A stretch of DNA of 64,000 nt from Candidatus Methylomirabilia bacterium (GTDB lineage: Bacteria; Methylomirabilota; Methylomirabilia; Rokubacteriales; CSP1-6). The stretch lies in assembly GCA_046758965.1 (NCBI GenBank), contig JBHIBG010000007.1, forward strand, positions 5,276 through 69,275. The letters are read 5' to 3'. Positions within the stretch are counted from its first letter, which is position 1, and every line of letters begins with the position of its first letter. Below are positions 55,677 through 64,000 of this stretch, one piece after another. The notes under the pieces were generated by a model. The model searched no databases. It was not told the DNA's origin and saw only the letters and a program-made list of their open reading frames with translations. Made by a program: the position numbers and the translations under genes.

Positions 55677-56876
55677 TCAGGCGACAACGCGCTTGTCTCG
55701 CAGCGCCTTGATCTCCTGAGGCGCCAGGTTCAGACCCCGGAGCACGTCGTCGGTGTGCTCGCCCGGGTAGGGGGCGGCCCGACGGACCGAGCCGGGCGTC
55801 TCCGAGAGTTTGATGGCGATGCCGAACTGCTTCACCTTCCCGACCTCGGGGTGCTCGGTTTCCACCACCATCTGGCGGTGCTGGACCTGCGGATCCTCGA
55901 CGACCTCCTCGACGTCGTACACCTTCCCTACGCAGACGTCGTGCTTCGCCAGGAACTCGTACCACTCCTCGCGGGTCCTGGTCCGGATAATCGCCTGGAT
56001 CTCCTCGCGCGCCCGCACCTCCTCGGCGTTGGCGGCGCGGACGAACTGGTCGGCTTTCCGGGCGTACTTGGCGAGGTCGGGACGGTTGATCACCCTGCAG
56101 AAATTCTCCCAGAGCCACGGCTCGGTGCAGCCGATAGTGAGCAGCTTTCCATCGCGAGTCTCGTAGACGGCGTAGTAGGGGTAGGAGCCGCCGAGAAAGC
56201 CCCCGCCGCGCCGCGGGGCGAGGCCGTCGCTGAAGAACGCGCGAAGGTTCGGGGTCGCGGCGAGGAGGGAGAGGGTCGTGTCCAGGTAGGCGATGTCCAC
56301 GTGCTGTCCCTTGCCGGTGCGCTCGCGAGCGTAGAGCGCCAGGACGATGCCCAAGGCGCCGTGGAGGCTCGCCCCGCCGTAGTCAGCGACGATGTTGAGG
56401 GGGATCGCGGGCTTCCGGTCGGGCTCGCCGATCAGGCCGAGGACGCCGGCCAGCGAGAGGTAGTTGATGTCGTGGGCCGGATAGCTCTTGTAGGGGCCGT
56501 CCTGGCCGAATCCGGAGAGCGAACAGTAGATGATCCGCGGGTTCGTCTTCCGGATCGTCTCGTAGCCGCCGCCGAGGCGGTTCATCACCCCGGGGCGGAA
56601 CCCCTCGACGATCACGTCCGCCGCGGCGGCAAGGGTGTGGAAGATGTCCTGGCCTTCGGGGGCCTTGAGGTTTAGGGCGATCGAGCGCTTGTTCCGGTTG
56701 ACAAAGGCGTGGGCGGCGCGACGTTTCTCGTCCTGAGGCTCCGGCTCCCGGTCAGAGGGCGGGGTCTCGATCTTCAGGACCTCTGCCCCCATGTCGGCCA
56801 ACATCATGGTGCAAAACTCGCCCGGCGCTACACGCGCCAGCTCCAGGATCTTGATGCCGGCTAAGACTCCCGCCAT
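55677..56876 (-). CDS. Family III CoA-transferase (CaiB/BaiF).
   Basis: IKILELARVAPGEFCTMMLADMGAEVLKIETPP and the catalytic Asp context IVADYGGA. Confidence 0.85.
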   Translation of the reverse strand: MAGVLAGIKILELARVAPGEFCTMMLADMGAEVLKIETPPSDREPEPQDEKRRAAHAFVNRNKRSIALNLKAPEGQDIFHTLAAAADVIVEGFRPGVMNRLGGGYETIRKTNPRIIYCSLSGFGQDGPYKSYPAHDINYLSLAGVLGLIGEPDRKPAIPLNIVADYGGASLHGALGIVLALYARERTGKGQHVDIAYLDTTLSLLAATPNLRAFFSDGLAPRRGGGFLGGSYPYYAVYETRDGKLLTIGCTEPWLWENFCRVINRPDLAKYARKADQFVRAANAEEVRAREEIQAIIRTRTREEWYEFLAKHDVCVGKVYDVEEVVEDPQVQHRQMVVETEHPEVGKVKQFGIAIKLSETPGSVRRAAPYPGEHTDDVLRGLNLAPQEIKALRDKRVVA

Positions 56877-56930
56877 GAGAGACTCCTTCGGGTTGAGGGT
56901 TCGCTGGCCCGTTGAACTGACGCTCCGTCC

Positions 56931-57695
56931 TCATCTGTAGCAGTCGGGGGGCTGCCTCACGGACGGCCAGAAGGCCGGGTCGTGGCCGGGGAAGATCTGG
57001 CCCTTCACGAGGCGCGCGAGCGTCTTGAGCCGCTTGATCGAGTGGAGGGCCTGGGTCGGGTTCCAGACCACGCCCGGGACGCGCTCCAGGTCGATATGCT
57101 CCTGCCAGTAGCAGCAGTCCCCTGCCAGGATAATCGGGCCGGACTCGGGGAGCTCCACCAGGAGCGACTGGTGCCCCGGCGTGTGACCGTCGCTCCGGAG
57201 CACCGTCACCCCGGGAACCAGCTCCAGGTCACCTTCGATGAGCCTCCAGTGGTAGCCAGGGAGGTCGAAGTTTTTCCGGTAGTACATGGAGGCGAAAAAT
57301 GCGGCCGGGTGGTGGGCGTACGCGTACTCGTCCTGCTGCACGATCAGCTGAGAGCGGGGAAAGAGCGCGGCGCCCCCGGCGTGGTCGAAGTGCAGATGCG
57401 AGATCACCACCAGATCCACCGAGTCGGGATTGAGCCCGACGGACTCCAGGCGCCTGACGAGGAGATCAGCGTCGGTGAAGCGGGCCAGGGGATCGTCGCG
57501 GAGAAGGCCGGGCACCGCACGAGGGGCGAAGCCTGTGTCGAAGAGAATGGTGGCATCCGAAGTCCTGGCCAGGTAGCAGGCCACAGGGATCTGCACGCGC
57601 TCGCCTGAGCGCTCCCCGTAAAAGAGGCCGCTCCGCTCGAAGCCGATAAACCCGTTCTGGAGCGCGTAGAGGCCCTTGACCGGCACGAGGCGCAT
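56931..57695 (-). CDS. MBL-fold metallo-hydrolase.
   Basis: HLHFDHAGG is the HxHxDH motif, with downstream His and Asp ligands (GHTPGHQS). The start is at the inner Met (MRLVPVKGLYAL). Confidence 0.8.
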   Translation of the reverse strand: MRLVPVKGLYALQNGFIGFERSGLFYGERSGERVQIPVACYLARTSDATILFDTGFAPRAVPGLLRDDPLARFTDADLLVRRLESVGLNPDSVDLVVISHLHFDHAGGAALFPRSQLIVQQDEYAYAHHPAAFFASMYYRKNFDLPGYHWRLIEGDLELVPGVTVLRSDGHTPGHQSLLVELPESGPIILAGDCCYWQEHIDLERVPGVVWNPTQALHSIKRLKTLARLVKGQIFPGHDPAFWPSVRQPPDCYR

Positions 57696-57811
57696 TATGG
57701 CACAGCAGGGCCCCGTATCCAACCTCGGGTTGATTCCTGCCGGAGCGTGGCAGAATTGTTCAGCTCCGGGTATACTAGGGCGACCAGCACTCTGTTCACC
57801 GGAGGAGCGCC

Positions 57812-58981
57812 GTGGACTTCGCCTTCACTGAGCAGCAGGAGATGATCCGAAAGGAGGTGTCGGCCCTCGCCCGCTCCTTCTCCTGGGACTACTGGCTGGA
57901 GAAGGACCGGAAAGCCGAATACCCGAAGGAGTTCATCGACGCCTTTGCCCGGAACGGCTGGCTCGGGATCAGCATTCCCGAGGAGTACGGCGGATCGGGG
58001 CTCGGCGTCACCGAGGCCTCGATCCTGCTCCACGAAATCTGCGCCTCGGGGGCGGGGACCACCGGCGCCTCCCCGATCCATTTCTATGTCTTTCCCCCGA
58101 TGCCGCTGATCAAGCACGGGAGTGAGGCGCTCAAGCGAAGGACGCTTCCCAAGATCGCCACGGGCGAGACCGTCATGTCCTTCGGCGTCACCGAACCTAA
58201 CGCCGGCTCTGACACCTCGCGGATCCAGACCCGCGCTGAGAAACGGGGCGATCGGTGGGTCATCAACGGACGCAAGGTCTGGAACACCAACGCTCAGCGC
58301 GCCACCAAGATCCTGCTCCTGGCCCGCACCACGCCTCGGGAGCAAACCGGGAATAGACCGTTCAAGGGGATGACGCTCTTCTTCGCCGATTTCGACCGCT
58401 CCCGCATCACGGTGCGGGAGATCGAGAAGCTGGGGCGGGCTGCCGTGGATTCCAACGAGCTGTTCATCGAAGAGTTGGAGGTGCCGGACGACGAGGTGGT
58501 GGGCCAGGTCGGTGAAGGATTCTATCACCTGCTCGACTCGCTGAATCCCGAGCGGATCCTCACAGCCATCGAGGCCGTGGGAATCGGCAGAGCTGCCCTG
58601 GACCGGGCGGTCCAGTACGGCAAGGAGCGGATCGTCTTCGATCGGCCGATCGGGAAGAACCAGGCCATCGCTCATCCCCTGGCTCAGGCTTGGGCGAAGC
58701 TGGAAACGGCTGAGCTGATCTGCTGGAAGGCCGCCTGGCTGTACGACCAGGGGCGCCCCTGCGGAGCTGAGTGCAACGCCGCCAAGCTCATGGCGGCCGA
58801 GGCCGGGTTCGAGGCCTGCGATACGGCGCTCCAGACCTTCGGTGGCTTCGGGTACGCGAAGGAGTTCTACGTGGAGCGGCTCTGGCGCGAGGTCCGCCTT
58901 TACAAGATCGCCCCGATCTCCCAAGGAATGGTGCTCAACTATCTCTCCGAGCACGTTCTGGGCTTGCCCCGCTCGTACTGA
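57812..58981 (+). CDS. Acyl-CoA dehydrogenase.
   Basis: MDFAFTEQQEMIRKEV... and the ACAD signatures (FGVTEPNAGSD; the QTFGGFGY catalytic-base region). Confidence 0.9.
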   Translation: MDFAFTEQQEMIRKEVSALARSFSWDYWLEKDRKAEYPKEFIDAFARNGWLGISIPEEYGGSGLGVTEASILLHEICASGAGTTGASPIHFYVFPPMPLIKHGSEALKRRTLPKIATGETVMSFGVTEPNAGSDTSRIQTRAEKRGDRWVINGRKVWNTNAQRATKILLLARTTPREQTGNRPFKGMTLFFADFDRSRITVREIEKLGRAAVDSNELFIEELEVPDDEVVGQVGEGFYHLLDSLNPERILTAIEAVGIGRAALDRAVQYGKERIVFDRPIGKNQAIAHPLAQAWAKLETAELICWKAAWLYDQGRPCGAECNAAKLMAAEAGFEACDTALQTFGGFGYAKEFYVERLWREVRLYKIAPISQGMVLNYLSEHVLGLPRSY

Positions 58982-59246
58982 TCGCTAAGGCCGCTTCCTC
59001 GGAAGGGAGACAGGTTCTCCTGAGCGTGCTCCCGGGCGCCCGAGAGAGTCGCTCAGAAGCCCCTCGCTCGGGGACGCGGAGATGACCCTGTGTCGGATTC
59101 TGCACGAGGCGAATACCATGCCCCTTGGTGACTCCGTCCGCATCCCGACCGCGTCGCCGTCAGGTCGATGAGGGAGACGGCGACTTCCTGGGGAGCGGAT
59201 CCAGCCCGAAGCGGGCTCCGAGGGGCATGATGAGAGGAGGCTTCCA

Positions 59247-60032
59247 GTGAGCTATACGGACATCCTATACGAGGTGCGCGACCACGTGGCTCGGATTACG
59301 ATCAATCGGCCAAAGCAGTACAATGCCTTCACCGGCCACACCCTGAAGGAGATGACGTTGGCCGTGGAGGCCGCCGGCGCCGACGACGAAGTCGGGGTCA
59401 TCGTGCTGACCGGGGCCGGGACCAAGGCCTTCTGCGCCGGGGGGGACGTGAACTGGGAGAGGGAGGGCGGGCTCGAGCGGCAAGCGCTGGAGCCCTACCT
59501 CTTCCACGTCACGCTCTCTCGCTGCCTTAAGCCCATCATCGCCCGGGTGAACGGCTACGCGATCGGCGGCGGGAACCACATTGCCTACTTCTGTGACTTC
59601 ACCATTGCCGCCGAGCACGCCATCTTCGGCCAGAACGGTCCCCGTGTCGGGAGCCCGGCCAGCGGCGCCATCGTGAGTTACCTGAGCCGCGTGGTGGGGG
59701 CCAAGCGCGCCCGCGAGATCTGGATGCTCTGCCGCCGGTATACCGCTCGCCAGGCGCTGGAGATGGGGCTCGCGAACGCGGTGGTCCCGTCCGAGACGCT
59801 CGACGAGGAGGTGGACCGTTGGTGCCAGGAGCTCCTGGCCCTCTCCCCCACCTGCCTCAAGATCCTCAAGGCATCGTTCGTGGAGGAGTTCAGTTCCCTC
59901 TTCGGGCAAGGGGACCAACTCCGCCGCTACATGACCTCCCGGGAGTTCTGGGAGGAGGAACAGCAGGAGGGAGCTCGGGCCTTCCTCGAGAAGCGCCCGC
60001 CGGACTTTTCGCGGTTTCGCCGTGGGCGATAA
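59247..60032 (+). CDS. Enoyl-CoA hydratase/isomerase (crotonase) family protein, MenB/BadI-like.
   Basis: ITINRPKQYNAF and the oxyanion-hole elements FCAGGDV and NGYAIGGG. The length is 261 aa. Confidence 0.85.
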   Translation: MSYTDILYEVRDHVARITINRPKQYNAFTGHTLKEMTLAVEAAGADDEVGVIVLTGAGTKAFCAGGDVNWEREGGLERQALEPYLFHVTLSRCLKPIIARVNGYAIGGGNHIAYFCDFTIAAEHAIFGQNGPRVGSPASGAIVSYLSRVVGAKRAREIWMLCRRYTARQALEMGLANAVVPSETLDEEVDRWCQELLALSPTCLKILKASFVEEFSSLFGQGDQLRRYMTSREFWEEEQQEGARAFLEKRPPDFSRFRRGR

Positions 60033-60061
60033 CAGGGGCGGTTACCGCGGAGGAGAAAGCC

Positions 60062-60820
60062 ATGAAGCTCAAGGATCGGGTGGCAGTCGTGACGGCAGCC
60101 GCTGGAGCGGGGATCGGCCAGGCGGTGGCACGGAAGTTCGCGGAAGAGGGGGCTCAGGTCGTGATCTCCGACGCCCACGCCAGGCGGGTTCAGGAGGTGG
60201 CCGCGGAGATGTCGAAGGACTACGGCCGCGAAGTGCCGGCCTACGCCGTGGACGTGACCCGGCGGGAGCAGGTGGAGGCGATGGTTGCCGGTGCCCTCGA
60301 ACGATTCGGCCGGATCGACGTCCTTTTCAATAACGCCGGCATCAACAAGCTGGAACCGGTGTGGGAGATGTCCGACGAGACGTGGCATTTGGTGCTGGGC
60401 GTCTGCCTCACCGGGACCTTTTACGTGACCCGCGCCGTTCTCCCGCACATGATCAGACAGAAAAAGGGGGCGATCGTCAATATGGCGTCGGTGGCGGGGT
60501 GGATCGCCTCGGGCGACGGGCAGGCACACTACTGCGCGGCCAAGGCAGGGGTGATGGCCTTTACGCGCTCGGTGGCGGCGGAGGCGGGGAAGTTCGGGGT
60601 CCGGGCCAACGCGATCGCGCCGGGCGTCATCTACAACGAGTTCCTGAACCGGATCTATCCCGCGCGCTACTTCGAAGAGCGGAGGACTCGGGCGATCCTG
60701 GAGCGTCTAGGTGAGCCGACCGAGGTGGCGAGCCTCGCGCTCTTCCTCGCCTCGGATGACTCCGCGTACATGACCGGCGAGGCGTTCTGTATCTCCGGCG
60801 GCTCCTACGTGAGGGGCTGA
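60062..60820 (+). CDS. SDR family oxidoreductase.
   Basis: RVAVVTAAAGAGIGQAVA (TGxxxGxG variant), NNAG, and YCAAKAG (YxxxK). RBS GGAGGAG precedes ATG 60062, the inner start of ORF 59819..60820. Confidence 0.85.
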   Translation: MKLKDRVAVVTAAAGAGIGQAVARKFAEEGAQVVISDAHARRVQEVAAEMSKDYGREVPAYAVDVTRREQVEAMVAGALERFGRIDVLFNNAGINKLEPVWEMSDETWHLVLGVCLTGTFYVTRAVLPHMIRQKKGAIVNMASVAGWIASGDGQAHYCAAKAGVMAFTRSVAAEAGKFGVRANAIAPGVIYNEFLNRIYPARYFEERRTRAILERLGEPTEVASLALFLASDDSAYMTGEAFCISGGSYVRG

Positions 60821-61005
60821 CCGGTCATCACCTCCGTTCGTCCCACGCGCTCTCGCTGCCCGAAGCCCATCGTGAACAGACCGTCGGCCGCAAGCCAACG
60901 GGGGCTCCGAGGCGGCGGCCCCCTTTCAGGCCCCTCAACGGGTGTTGAGACTGCTTTCCAAACGCCTATAATGGTGGCAGAATGGGAAGATAAGGGCAGA
61001 TCGCC

Positions 61006-63162
61006 GTGACCAAGCTCCAGAGCCTGATCGAGGAGATTCCGAAGTATCAGCCGGGCGCGGACCTGGACTTGCTCACGCACGCGTTCCGCTTCTCGGAGCT
61101 TTCCCATCAGGGCCAACAGCGAGCCTCCGGAGAGCCCTATCTCTCTCACCCGCTGGAGGTGGCCAGCCTGCTGGTCAGATTCAGGATGGACGTCACCACG
61201 GTGACGGCCGGCCTGCTCCACGACGTCTTGGAGGATACCGGCACCACCAAGGAGGACCTGGTCCGGGAGTTCGGCCCGGAGATCGCGGAGCTGGTGGACG
61301 GGGTGACCAAGATCGGCAAGCTGGCGTTCGCCTCCCGAGAGGAACGGCAGGCCGAGAACTTCCGCAAGATGCTGGTCGCCATGGCCCGCGACATCCGGGT
61401 GCTGGTGGTCAAGCTGGCCGACCGGCTCCACAATATGCGCACGCTCCACTACTTGCCTCCTGCTAGGGCGCGACGGGTCGCCCAGGAAACGTTCGCGATA
61501 TACGCCCCGCTGGCCCACCGGCTGGGTATGGCCCAGGTTAAGGCGGAGCTCGAGGACCTTGCCCTCAAGGTACTCCACCCCGAAGACTACGAGGATCTCC
61601 AGCGGAGGGTCGCCAAGCGGCGCCTGGAGCGAGAGGCGGAGATCAATCGGGTCATCGCCATTCTGGAGAGGAAGCTGGGGGAGGTGGGGATCGAGGCACA
61701 GATTCAGGGGCGACCCAAGCACTTCTACTCCATCTGGAAGAAGATGCACGAGCAGGGGCGTGAGTTTGACGAGATCTATGACCTGACGGCGGTCCGGGTG
61801 CTGGTCAACTCCGTGCGGGAGTGCTACGGGACGCTCGGGGTGCTCCACTCGCTCTGGAAGCCGGTGCCGGGGCGGTTCAGGGACTTCATCGCCATGCCGA
61901 AGGTCAACATGTACCAGTCGCTCCACACCACGGTCATCGGCCCCACGGGCGACCCGGTGGAGATCCAGATCCGCACGTGGGAGATGCACCGGGTGGCCGA
62001 GGAGGGGATCGCGGCGCACTGGCGCTACAAAGAGCGGAAGAGCGAGACGGACAAGTTCGATCAGACGTTCGTCTGGCTGCGCCAGCTCATGGAGTGGCAG
62101 CAGGAGATGAAGGACCCGGGGGAGTTCATGGACTCAGTCCAGTTCGACCTCTTCCCCGACGAGGTGTACGTCTTTACCCCCAAGGGCGACGTGAAGGCGC
62201 TCGCCGAGAGCTCCACGCCCGTCGACTTCGCGTACGCCGTCCACACCGAGATAGGGCACCACTGCATGGGGGCCAAGGTCAACGGCAAGCTGGTCCCCCT
62301 TCGCTACACCCTCCGGCAGGGCGACATCGTCGAGATTCTCACCTCGTCCGGCCAGCACCCGAGCCGCGACTGGCTCAAGATCGTCAAGTCCTCCCGCGCC
62401 CGCTCCAAGATCAAGCAGTGGCTCAAAGGCGAGGAGCGGGTGCGCTCATTGAGCCTGGGCCGGGAGATCTTTGAGCGGGAGGCTCGGAAGTATCGTCTCT
62501 CCTCCACGCAGCTGTTGGACTCTGAGGCTCTCCCGAAGCTCCTCGCCGACCTTGGCTTGTCCACTCCGGATGACCTCCTGGCCTCCATCGGGTACGGTAA
62601 GACTTCGGCCCAGCAGGTGCTCGGCAAGTTGGCCCCCACCGAGGTCCTCGAGACCGAGCGGGGCGCCGCCGCCGCGCGGCAGAAGGCCACCAGGCCCAGT
62701 TCGACGGGAGAAGGGGGCGTCAAGATCCGGGGCGTGGAGGATCTACTGGTCCGCTTTGCCCGCTGTTGCGGACCGGTTCCCGGAGATGCCATCGTCGGGT
62801 TCATCACGCGCGGCCGCGGCCTGACCGTCCACACGACGGACTGCCTCACCGTGACCCAGGGGATGCTGGGGCGGGAGCGGCTCGTGAGCGTAGAGTGGGA
62901 AGTGGCCGGCCCCGTGCTCCGCCCGGTGAAGATCGCCGTCTACATCGGGCGCGACCGTCCGGGGCTCTTGGCCGAGATCACCGGCGCGATCTCCACTCGC
63001 CGAGGAAACATCACCAAGGCTGAGGTCACCGTCACCGAGGACCGCAAAGGCATTAACCGGTTCGTGGTGGAGGTGGCCGACCTGACCCAGCTTCAGGAGA
63101 TCATGCAGGGCATCCGCGCGGTGAGCGGCGTCATCAACGTGGAGCGCTTGCCGGGGCTCTAG
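61006..63162 (+). CDS. rel: Bifunctional (p)ppGpp synthetase/hydrolase, RelA/SpoT (Rel) family.
   Basis: HD hydrolase domain (HPLEVASLL...LHDVLEDT), synthetase domain (RPKHFYSIWKKM), and the TGS and ACT C-terminal domains. The length is 718 aa. Confidence 0.9.
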   Translation: MTKLQSLIEEIPKYQPGADLDLLTHAFRFSELSHQGQQRASGEPYLSHPLEVASLLVRFRMDVTTVTAGLLHDVLEDTGTTKEDLVREFGPEIAELVDGVTKIGKLAFASREERQAENFRKMLVAMARDIRVLVVKLADRLHNMRTLHYLPPARARRVAQETFAIYAPLAHRLGMAQVKAELEDLALKVLHPEDYEDLQRRVAKRRLEREAEINRVIAILERKLGEVGIEAQIQGRPKHFYSIWKKMHEQGREFDEIYDLTAVRVLVNSVRECYGTLGVLHSLWKPVPGRFRDFIAMPKVNMYQSLHTTVIGPTGDPVEIQIRTWEMHRVAEEGIAAHWRYKERKSETDKFDQTFVWLRQLMEWQQEMKDPGEFMDSVQFDLFPDEVYVFTPKGDVKALAESSTPVDFAYAVHTEIGHHCMGAKVNGKLVPLRYTLRQGDIVEILTSSGQHPSRDWLKIVKSSRARSKIKQWLKGEERVRSLSLGREIFEREARKYRLSSTQLLDSEALPKLLADLGLSTPDDLLASIGYGKTSAQQVLGKLAPTEVLETERGAAAARQKATRPSSTGEGGVKIRGVEDLLVRFARCCGPVPGDAIVGFITRGRGLTVHTTDCLTVTQGMLGRERLVSVEWEVAGPVLRPVKIAVYIGRDRPGLLAEITGAISTRRGNITKAEVTVTEDRKGINRFVVEVADLTQLQEIMQGIRAVSGVINVERLPGL

Positions 63163-63185
63163 CCGCGCCCACACGTTGGAGCAGC

Positions 63186-63551
63186 GTGACCCGAGAGGCG
63201 TTCGAGTCCCTAGTCGAGTCCGCCCTCAAGTCTCTGCCGCGTCGCTTCAAGCGGATGCTCAAGAACGTCGCTGTCGTCGTGGAAGACTGGCCTGACGCGG
63301 CCACCCTCGAGGAGATGAGGATCGAGCCTCCCGACACGCTCTACGGCCTCTACCGGGGGGTGGATCTCCCCCGGCGCGGCTCCTCCTATGCCAACACACT
63401 TCCGGACACCATCACCATCTACCAGCAGCCGATTGAGCATGACTGCGCCGACGAAAGCGAAATGGCTGAGCTAGTCCGGGAGGTGGTGGTGCATGAGATC
63501 GGCCACTACTTCGGCCTCGATGACGAGCGGATGGAGGAGCTGGAGTCGTGA
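63186..63551 (+). CDS. Zincin-like metallopeptidase family protein (PF06262/DUF1025-type).
   Basis: C-terminal HEIGHYFGLDDE (HExxH plus acidic tail). A length of 121 aa is typical of this family. Confidence 0.7.
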   Translation: MTREAFESLVESALKSLPRRFKRMLKNVAVVVEDWPDAATLEEMRIEPPDTLYGLYRGVDLPRRGSSYANTLPDTITIYQQPIEHDCADESEMAELVREVVVHEIGHYFGLDDERMEELES

Positions 63552-63670
63552 GGCAGAGCGATCGGACCTGCGTTCGTTCTGCCCGTCGCTGAGGCATCTC
63601 TGAACCTCCGTTTGTGGTCTCACATTTCACAGAAACTCAAACTGCACATCAGACCCAAAATCTTTTTTGC

Positions 63671-63716
63671 TTGACAAGGCTTTCATTTTTTCTTAATGTT
63701 TCAGCAAATGCTGAAA
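63671..63716 (+). promoter_or_regulatory. Sigma70-like promoter (TTGACA-17 nt-TAATGT) with an overlapping 8-bp inverted repeat (tttcagca-aa-tgctgaaa), a candidate operator.
   Basis: TTGACA lies at 63671-63676 and TAATGT at 63694-63699. The perfect palindrome TTTCAGCA/TGCTGAAA spans 63699-63716. Local GC is about 40% against about 68% elsewhere. Confidence 0.3.
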
Positions 63717-63735
63717 GACGCGGTGCAAGTGAAAC

Positions 63736-64000
63736 GATGCTTCACGCCAAGGAAATCCGGCGTATGGCGGCTCAACGGCTCCGGGAGATCTTTCCGAAGG
63801 CGAAGTCGTGGGAGGAAGTGGCTGACAGCCGAGTCGGAAGCCAACCGGCTGATCTCATAGTGAAATTCCAAATGGGCCAGGTCGATCATACGCTGGTGCT
63901 GGAAGTAACAGGACTCGGTCAGCCCAAGCAGATTAGAGAAGCGATTACGCGGCTGAGCGAGATTCGACGCGAGCTCCCCGGAGCTTACCCGGTTGCCGTC
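63736..64000 (+). CDS. Hypothetical protein, 3' end beyond the window.
   Basis: ATG 63736 opens a frame to the window end (MLHAKEIRRMAAQRLREIFPKAKSWEEVADSRVGSQPADLIVKFQ...). GC is about 56%, lower than its neighbours. It follows the AT-rich promoter region. Confidence 0.4.

Noticed and set aside
63701-63889. 62-aa ORF on the minus strand at the right edge.
   Set aside because: It is antisense to the better-supported + strand ORF starting at 63736 and overlaps the promoter/palindrome. It has no RBS or family signal.
1-64000. CRISPR arrays, tRNA/rRNA genes, transposases, integrases and phage genes.
   Set aside because: No spacer-repeat periodicity, cloverleaf-compatible segments, or DDE/tyrosine-recombinase motifs were seen. 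The only repeats are the paralogous CoA-transferase genes and intragenic HlyD coiled-coil duplications.

Overview
This is a 64 kb high-GC (about 65-70%) bacterial chromosomal segment. Genes are densely packed on both strands, and many junctions are translationally coupled through ATGA, GTGA or TTGA overlaps. I found no rRNA, tRNA, CRISPR array, transposase or integrase. Many long ORFs in the six-frame track are antisense or GC-bias artefacts and were discarded.

Supported content, in order:
- A truncated MFS transporter.
- A five-gene operon: M16 peptidase, HlyD adaptor, ABC ATPase, ABC-2 permease, second M16 peptidase.
- A secreted hypothetical protein, a WCGD thioredoxin-like protein and a Trp-rich membrane protein.
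- Citrate synthase, a GT2 glycosyltransferase, a Gfo/Idh/MocA oxidoreductase and dapF.
- An APH-type kinase, a PflX-like radical SAM enzyme and a nitrile-hydratase beta-subunit homologue split into two overlapping ORFs with no alpha subunit nearby.
- DUF72, PolX, a GT39/ArnT-like membrane glycosyltransferase, a signal-peptide-less BtuF-like binding protein with a coupled 59-aa ORF, RidA, NUDIX and a ChaN lipoprotein.
- A minus-strand catabolic operon: fused indolepyruvate:ferredoxin oxidoreductase, UPF0150/HicB-like, acyl-CoA synthetase, LLM oxidoreductase and two MDR dehydrogenases.
- MlaA.
- A large island of family-III (CaiB/BaiF) CoA-transferases. It holds seven domains, including a fused double-domain gene followed by its unfused tandem duplicate. 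The island also carries a GH20-like hydrolase and a TRAP DctPQM transporter.
- Inside that island, a putative UGSC-motif selenoprotein gene. It has an in-frame TGA followed by a hairpin and a coupled Cys-rich partner gene. I rate this the most interesting locus.
- Pirin, HAD dehalogenase, SDR, a collapsed LLM gene remnant, and an ECF sigma / anti-sigma / DUF4139 module.
- A beta-oxidation-like set (CoA-transferase, MBL hydrolase, ACAD, crotonase, SDR), RelA/SpoT and a PF06262-type metallopeptidase.
- At the right edge, an AT-rich promoter with a palindromic operator and a lower-GC partial gene.
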